A DNA stretch of 64,000 bases from Octopus sinensis (lineage: Eukaryota). The position numbers were made by a program, and so were the translations under genes. Shown piece after piece: positions 55,658-64,000 of this stretch. Location of the stretch: assembly GCF_006345805.1 (NCBI RefSeq), contig NC_043005.1, positions 107,880,001-107,944,000 of the forward strand, written 5' to 3'. The notes beneath the pieces are model-generated. The model searched no databases. It was not told the origin of the DNA and worked only from the letters and a program-made list of their open reading frames with translations. The stretch's first letter is position 1. Each line of letters opens with the position of its first letter.

Positions 55658-56152
55658 CACCTTTGTTACCAACCTGACTGAAACCTGCTCTGGCTCTATA
55701 ATACAAATGTTTTGTTTTCATAAGTTTTGAATTAAAGTCTTCCACCAAACCTTAGTCACAATCTATGTTCCTAACACTAGCTTAATGATAACTAAGTTAT
55801 TTTACTAAATTCTTTGTTATATTTAAAATAATTGAAAGAAACACAGAGCATCTCAAAATAGATAAATAAATAAATGCACCCTTTTTAAAGCCTAGCCAGG
55901 CTCTTGGGCCCGGTTTTCCAGTTTCTATGGTGTATGTGTTCCCCAGCTGGACGGGACGTCAGTCCATTGCAGTGTTACTCACTTTTTGCCAGCTGAGTGG
56001 ACTGAAGCAACGAGAAATGAAGTGTTTTGCTCAAGAACACAACACATTGCCCAGTCCAAGAATCGAAACCACAATTTTATGATCATGGTGCTGATACCCT
56101 AACCACTAAGCCACACACCTCCACTCTCAAAATAAATACAGTAACAAAAAGG
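55658..56152. mobile_element. piggyBac-like MITE with nested SINE D (55861-56124, minus)
   Basis: TTAA|CACCTTTGTTAC ... GTAACAAAAAGG|TTAA. The SINE is flanked by TCTCAAAATA (55851-55860, 56125-56134). Confidence 0.7.
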
Positions 56153-57174
56153 TTAAACCTATGTGTCAAACATTATTATAATTGCTGTGTTGTTGATTTG
56201 GTGATTATTATTTGTCTAGGTGTTGTTATTGTTTGCTATGGATGCATGTATTTTCAAAATGCTGTTATTAGAAAATATCTTAGTTAACTTGATGAAAAAA
56301 CGGTTTTTGTGATATTTTTTCCTGACAAAATCCTTTGGAGTATTTCACTATCCAAACCTTTAACCATGTCTTGCAAACAACTTGCACATGCAAATGCTAC
56401 CAGTCAAAAACTCCACATACAGGAAGCCAGGAAGTGTATCGGGTCATCAGGAGAGAATGCGCACTGTTTCAGGGCCTACCTCTTGATGGCATCAATGCGC
56501 ACCAGCCCCATCACTGATATGAGGCCCCCGCTTGCTAGATCAGCTGGTTATCAAATAAAGCTCAATATTCTTCTAGCCATCACTCATCGTCTCTTTTTAA
56601 CCAAATCCACTGTGTAAGATTTGTTCTTAAACAATATTCTTAAAGAGTTGGCATATTTTTTGCAAATTATTGATTTATTGTTTAGTGGCTTCATAGAATC
56701 ACATCTTAAGAAACACCAGGTGGAACAGGCACAAGTTTAAAAGTAGAAATAGTATTTGCCAATGATTAGGAAATATTCGAAACACAGAAGATGTTTAAAT
56801 ATGAAAGTAAATAAGAAGTAATTAAACAAAAGCACTCAATTATAACTACAAAGGGTTAAGATATCACAAGAGGAGATAACAGAAATTGTGGAATTGGGAA
56901 AATGGGTGGCTATGCCAAAGGCATCATTAACTGGAACAACAGCAATTCAGCCTTCACTAGATATACAAACCCCAAAAAACCATAACATGATATAGAACAA
57001 TACCAGACAAAATAAGCATGGAAGATCTAAGTATACTGTGTGTGTGTATATGAGTGTGTGTTAGTATACATATATATATATATATATACACATGTATGCT
57101 TATATATATATATATACACATGTCTATATATATACACATGTCTATATATACATACATATGTATATATGAATGTG

Positions 57175-57208
<34 letters not shown>

Positions 57209-57699
57209 TATATACATATGTATGCTTTTATATATATATATATGTATGTATATGTTTGCATGTGTATGTATTGGTGTGTGTGTATGTGCACACATGCACA
57301 TACTAAAATATAATCAGGAATACAGATAACTATAATGCATTAAGCAATGTAATACATATTTTATTTTATGTTTGTGTATATGATCATGTATATGTTTTAT
57401 GTGTGTGCATATGTTTGTGTAAATAACTGTACATAAAATATGTATTACATCTCTTATTACAATATATATAATATGTATAGGTATATATGCAAAAAAAGAA
57501 AAAAATGAAACCCAATTCATATATTTTTCCAGATATACACGCACAAATTTGTAGCATATAAAAGTGTAAACACATAACTCTGCACATCTACATATGCATA
57601 GAAAATATGCACACACATCATAAAATACATGTACATATGTGTACATATAAAAGTGCATATGTCTTCGTATATACATACATACTTATATATATATATATG

Positions 57700-57769
<70 letters not shown>

Positions 57770-58615
57770 GATACAGGGAAATACATAATACGTAGAACAA
57801 CAAAGCTACATATTGCATTATTAAGGAGGGATATTAGCTGTGATATAGAGAAAAGTGTATATAATAGAGTAATATATCATTGTTTGGAATCAGATTACCA
57901 GAAATGAACTATATATACACATGCACACACACACACACATATATATTTATATATATATATATAAGTTTTTACGCACACACACACATAGATATATATATAT
58001 ATATATGTACCCATAATACACACATACACACACATATGTATACGTGTGTGTGAGTATGTTATGTAGGTACATATATTTATATACATATGTGTATATATAC
58101 ATCTATACATACAAATATTATGCATATAATTAGGTGTGCAGTGTTTGGAGGTGGGTGGGAAGGCTTTATAAGGGAATGTTTTTACATGGACTTGTTCCAT
58201 ACTGCAAACCCAATTGTATACAGCAGTAAATAATTGCCTTATCAATGTTGTTTTTGGTCTATCATGTATTTAAACAATAACATTATGGAATGATGGGACA
58301 GAACGTGCCGAGGAGTGGAGATGGGAAGCAAAAAAAAAAAAAATGTGTGGAGGGGGGGCCGTGTCATATGGCGAAGCAGAGAGAAATGGGTGAGGTGAGA
58401 GTGAGAGTGAGATCCTGTACAGAACAAACTGACAGCACCACCACCATCACCACTAACAACAACACCAGAACCATCTTCTGTACCTCGGCAACCAATCAAC
58501 ATGACCATTCGGAATGAGCGGAAATAAATACTGTTGTCATACACATATTTACTCACTGATACTTGCTAAGTATGTATGCGTATGTGTGTATACATACATA
58601 CACACATACATACAT

Positions 58616-58710
<95 letters not shown>

Positions 58711-58717
58711 TGTTTAT

Positions 58718-58748
<31 letters not shown>

Positions 58749-58775
58749 GTAAGTATGTATGTATATATATACAGA

Positions 58776-58806
<31 letters not shown>

Positions 58807-59316
58807 TCTATATATATATATAATATATATATATATACATCTATATATATGTATGTGTTTATATATGTATATGTATGTATGAATTTATATATATGTATAT
58901 ATAAGTATACATATATATACATATATGCATACAGACACATGTATATATGTATGTATATACCCACACACAAACACACACGTACATATAAATATATGTTTAA
59001 GAGGCTGAAAGGAAGAGAGATGAACGTGTGCGTATACATGTACATATGTATGTATGTATGTATGTATACAATTATGCACAAAAGTAATTACCAGCAAAAT
59101 ACACACCACAAATACACGAATGTATATGTTCACGTCCACTTCTACATACATATTCAGTAGTAAGACAAAAATTATATGATTCTACATGCATATAAAAAGG
59201 TGTTTGTTAGGGGTATTTATATCTGCATTTATATATGTTGTGCGATTGAATAATCCTTTAAAGTTTGTGTGACTGGATCCAAAATGTCCACAGATCAATG
59301 TACAACAAACAAACAA

Positions 59317-59373
<57 letters not shown>

Positions 59374-60029
59374 CATATATGCATTCATATATATATATAT
59401 ATAGATATATACATATATATGTATACATATATGTATGTATATATAAATATATATATATATATATATGTATGTACATATGTGTGTGTATACATATTTATAT
59501 ACATGTTTATGTACATGCATACATACATATACCTATATGTATATATACATTTATATATATATGTGTGTGTGTGTATGTATGTATATGTTCTCATATACGT
59601 CTCTATATAAACACATGCATATTTATATATATATATATAAATGCATATGTGTTCTTAGATATGAAAGTGTGTACTTATATGTATACAATTACATACATGT
59701 ATATATGTGCAAGTGTGTATATATATATATAGATGTATATATATATTTATGTATTTATGCAAACACTCATGTATATGCATAAATATTTGTGTATAGATAC
59801 ATATATGTGTCTATGTGTCTGTTTATATGTACATGTGCACTGCATCCCATTTCTGGTTGTGCTGCCATACTAGCTGACTGTCAACCAATGAAGTATCCAT
59901 TCATAATATGTCATCCCCACATTTCTGTGACCCCACCCATCCACCAAATACCTCAACTGCTAATGACCCAGTCCACCTACTTATGAATACATTACATTCA
60001 GTTGGAACTTATATTCCACCTTTACATTT

Positions 60030-60428
60030 TTTAACTTGTTTCAGTCATTAGAATATGGCCATGCTGGGGCAACACCTTGAGGAATTCTACTTGAACTCAT
60101 CAACTCCAGTATTTTTTTTTTTTTGTTTTGTAAACCTGGCACCTATTCTATCTGTCTCTTTGCTGAATCAATAAGTTACAGGGATGTAAACATACCAACA
60201 CTGGTTTTCAAGCAGTGGTGGAGACAAACACAAAGACATACACATATAGATATACTGAGATATAAAGGGCTTCTTTCAGTTTCCGTCTACCATATCCCTT
60301 CACAAGGCTTTGATCAGCCCAATGCTATAGTTGAAGACACTTGCTCAAGATGCCGTATGGTGAGAATGAACCTGGAAGCATATGGTTGGAAAGCGAACAT
60401 CCTACCACAACAGCCATGCCGGCACCTG
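60030..60428 (-). mobile_element. Diverged SINE family A
   Basis: Colinear but more substituted. Confidence 0.75.
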
Positions 60429-60996
60429 TGAGTTTTTTTAAAACTAACTTGCAAAAAAAATTTCAACTTGTATTGTTTGTTTGTAATTAGTGTTTACACA
60501 ACTGACAATCCACCCATGACAAAATATTCTATTCATCACTCAATGACTGACATTCCTTTTGATAACTATCTTATTTAATGTGTCTTTTCTTCACAGAGAC
60601 ACCAGGGCAATACTTTGTGAAAATTTGTCTGCTATTTCTTTCAGTTTAAGCAATCATATAGTCCAGCCTTGGTGTGAAGCGATGTGGCCTAGTGGTTATG
60701 GTGTTTGGCTTGTAATCACAAGCATAAGTTAATGGGTTCAATTCCTGAAGTGAATTGTATGTTGTATCTATGAGCAAAACACTTCATTTCACACTCCTCC
60801 AAACTACTCTGCAGCAAATGAGTGCTAACCCCAACGCTTTTACATCCACCATCCCACCTAGCTATCACATTATTGAAGATCCCTTTGGTCAAAGTGCAGG
60901 AAGACCAACAGGGCATATTTACTTAAGACATGCTACCATACCTAATTCGTTTGTGAGTGATGGATGGTTGGACTGTATACTTTAGTCTTGATGTTA

Positions 60997-61960
60997 CAAG
61001 GTGGTATCAAACAGTTCTCAGACTAGTTCTGAAGAACACCGACAAATGGCAGTACACAGAGGTGTGCACAGTGCAAGCTAGCAGTGACCTTCATGAGACA
61101 CAGAGACCTTCAGAGTGACACAGTGTGCTGTGATTATTTTGCAAGTTTTTAAGCTTTCACTTTTGGGCTCATGCGTATGTTGTAATCTGTGACTTTTATT
61201 ATGAACAGGAAGTTGGAACGAGAGTCAATGTGAAATTTTGCATCAAATTTGGGAAGTCTGCAACAGGGACATTACGTATGCTTCAACAAAGCTTACGGCG
61301 TTCAGGCACTGGGCTGTATGCAATGTTTCAAATGGCATGGTTACATCAAAATTAGAACATCCCTGGAAGATGATGAGCGATCTGGAAGACCTACTATCAG
61401 CATCACCCCTGGAAACGTGGAGAAAATTCATATCATTCTCGTCAGAGGATAATCTAGGACATTGCTGATGGTATTGTATGGGTCTGTGCAGGCAATTCTA
61501 ACGTTTGGATTTTTCACAAAAACTATGCACCCTGTCACCGAGCTCTCTTCCCTTGTGAGTTTCTCACCAAAAATAACATGGTATTGGATCTGTACGCATT
61601 CTATTCGTCAGATTTAGCCCTGAAAAACTTTAAAACTTGTAAAGTAATCACAGCACACTGTGTCACTCTGAAAGTCTCATGAAGGTCACTGTGTCTCATG
61701 AAGGTCACTGCTAGCTTGCACTGTAAACACCATAGCATCCCAAGATGAAAATACAGCTCAAAAGTCACCGCTTTAACACTGTTGTTAAGATCAAGAGTGA
61801 ACCACAAAGGTCCTCGACTCACTTACAGGAAACAACTTCCAGACTGGATTCCATAAGTGGCAGGAATGCTGGGACCAGTGTATTGTTGCACAAGGTGACT
61901 ATTCCAAAGGAGATAATGTTAAACTTAGGTAAATAAATGGGTATTTTTGATACCACCTCG
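60997..61960 (+). mobile_element. Internally deleted mariner element with transposase pseudogene
   Basis: TA|CAAGGTGGTATCAAA...TTTGATACCACCTCG|TA. Pieces MNRKLE..RVNVKFCIKFGKSATGTLRMLQ, AYGVQALG..QCFKW..SLEDDERSGRP, YSSDLAL (YSPDLAP-like), MKIQLKSHRF and WDQCIVAQGDY. Confidence 0.9.
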
Positions 61961-62410
61961 TATTTTCTTTGACTCAAGGTCTATCCTAAACCAACTGACC
62001 AATAATCAAATGTTATCCATGATTTTCTCATTCTTTTTAATACTTAAAATATCAAGAAAGATATAAACCAGTGTATCTCATATTTTATTACACAGTAAGT
62101 TGTAATCTGAGGCAAAATTATCTTCTATTTCAAGACAGTCAAGGGATTAAACAGACGTGTACTCTCTTCTTGTAAAGCACGAGAAATGTATTTTTGTTAC
62201 TCTTTGACAAACTTATTTCTAATGCTTCAACAATGATATCATTGGAGACTTCCACCCTACAGCAAGTTCAAGAGTACTTGAAGAACAGTAGCATCACTGG
62301 GGACATATGGGATTCGAAGACCAAAATCACAGCAAAGAAAAGGTGGTTAATAACAACACGTGTACATACACTGCTGCATCTGTACATACAAATATATATG
62401 TGCATATACA

Positions 62411-62467
<57 letters not shown>

Positions 62468-62577
62468 GTATGTATATGTATGTATGTATGTATATATATA
62501 TACATATATATATGCATATGTGTATGTATGTATATACATACATATATATACATGTATATGTATATTTATATATATAT

Positions 62578-62643
<66 letters not shown>

Positions 62644-62654
62644 TCAGGGAGGCA

Positions 62655-62737
62655 CAGATAGATAGACAAATAGATAGGCAGATTGATGGATAGATAGATA
62701 GATAGACATGGATAGATAGACAGACAGATAGATAGAC

Positions 62738-62821
<84 letters not shown>

Positions 62822-62822
62822 G
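62655..62822. repeat. (GATA)n microsatellite (also (TATC)n at 22820-22910)
   Basis: Direct reading. Confidence 0.95.
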
Positions 62823-63340
62823 AACATTGACTGGATAGTCAGTTATATTCCAACAAATAGTTTCCAAATATCATTGATATCTCTTTTGATTAATATTGCT
62901 TTTATTCACGTTTGAGTGTATACATGTATATATGTATGTGTCCGTGTGTGTGTGTGCATGTGTGTGTGTGTGCACGTGTGTGTGCGTGCATGTGTGTGTA
63001 TTAAACATAGCCAAACCTACACTAAAACACTTAGAGATAAATAAAAACTCCAGCAGAATCATTGTAATTATTTATAAAGAAAGAGCATTAGTACAATATA
63101 TCAAAGTTAAACTCACCATAAATATTGATGGTTTGAGGAGAAAAAATGTTCTATCCACAACACACCTGGGGATTAAATTTACACCTCTTCATTTAAAACA
63201 ACCACCACAATCATACACACTCAGGTACACATAGATACCCAAAAGGACTTATATTTACACATATGTATGTATGGATATGATAAATAAGCACATATATATA
63301 TATAGACATACATGTATAGGTATGTATATATATATATATG

Positions 63341-63385
<45 letters not shown>

Positions 63386-63619
63386 GTATATATGTATGTG
63401 TAAGTGTATACATATACATACACACACACACACATATATATAATATATATAAAGGCATACACACAGGCACACATGAATATATATATCATCATCATCATCA
63501 TCATCATCATGATCATGATATATATATTATATATATATATATATATTATATTATAATTACATATATATATATATATGTATTTCATACACTATATATGAAT
63601 ATTTATATATATCCTTTCT

Positions 63620-63985
63620 TTTATTTGCATTAGTCATTTGAGTGCAGCCATGCTGGGCACTTCCTTTTTAGTCAAACAATTAAACTCCAGGATTTATTCT
63701 TTGTAGGCCTAGTACTTATTCTAGCGGCCTCTTTTCTCGAACTGCTAAGGTACTAGGACATAAGCACAGCAACATCAGTTGTCAAGCGATAGTGTTGGTG
63801 GTGGTGGGAATGAACGCAGACACACAAACATATACATACATATATATATACACCAGGCTTCTTTCAGTTTCCATCTATCATTCCACTGAAGAAGACACTT
63901 GCCCAAGGTGTCACACAATGGGACTGAACCAGGAACCATGTGGTTGGCCAATAAGCTACTTACCACACAGCCACTCCTGTGCCTA
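63620..63985 (-). mobile_element. Diverged SINE family A with internal deletion
   Basis: Colinear with other copies. Confidence 0.8.
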
Positions 63986-64000
63986 TATATATATTATACA

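Noticed and set aside
56345-56615. GC-richer segment with AATAAA, possible solo LTR or short ORF
   Set aside because: No TG...CA termini with a TSD and no recognisable protein.
62261-62342. Exon-like [26 protein letters not shown]
   Set aside because: Weak donor site and no homology recognised.

Overview
AT-rich, repeat-saturated eukaryotic DNA, most likely intergenic or intronic octopus (coleoid cephalopod) genome. That assignment rests on my recognition of the tRNA-derived SINE families and the very high microsatellite load. No intact host protein-coding gene can be supported, and nearly all ORF-track entries are translations of microsatellites or SINEs. The window is a mosaic of several SINE families, decayed non-LTR retrotransposons (RTE, R4/Dong-type RLE, two L1/Tx1-like ORF1 remnants, a Penelope GIY-YIG remnant) and DNA transposon derivatives (mariner, Tc1-like MITE, Merlin, hAT-like, piggyBac-like, Helitron, a long-TIR foldback). 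The most notable observation is a 341-bp insertion at 47749-48089 with a 13-bp target duplication. It holds a ~283-bp palindrome whose arms each encode a minimal type-I hammerhead ribozyme fold with a compensatory G3-C8 core. Also notable: a 3-copy ~190-nt structured element with an HDV-like helix order, head/tail shuffling among SINEs, and a Nin/Deu-domain SINE that inserts and multimerises at GGTA microhomology. Coordinates of degenerate repeats are approximate.
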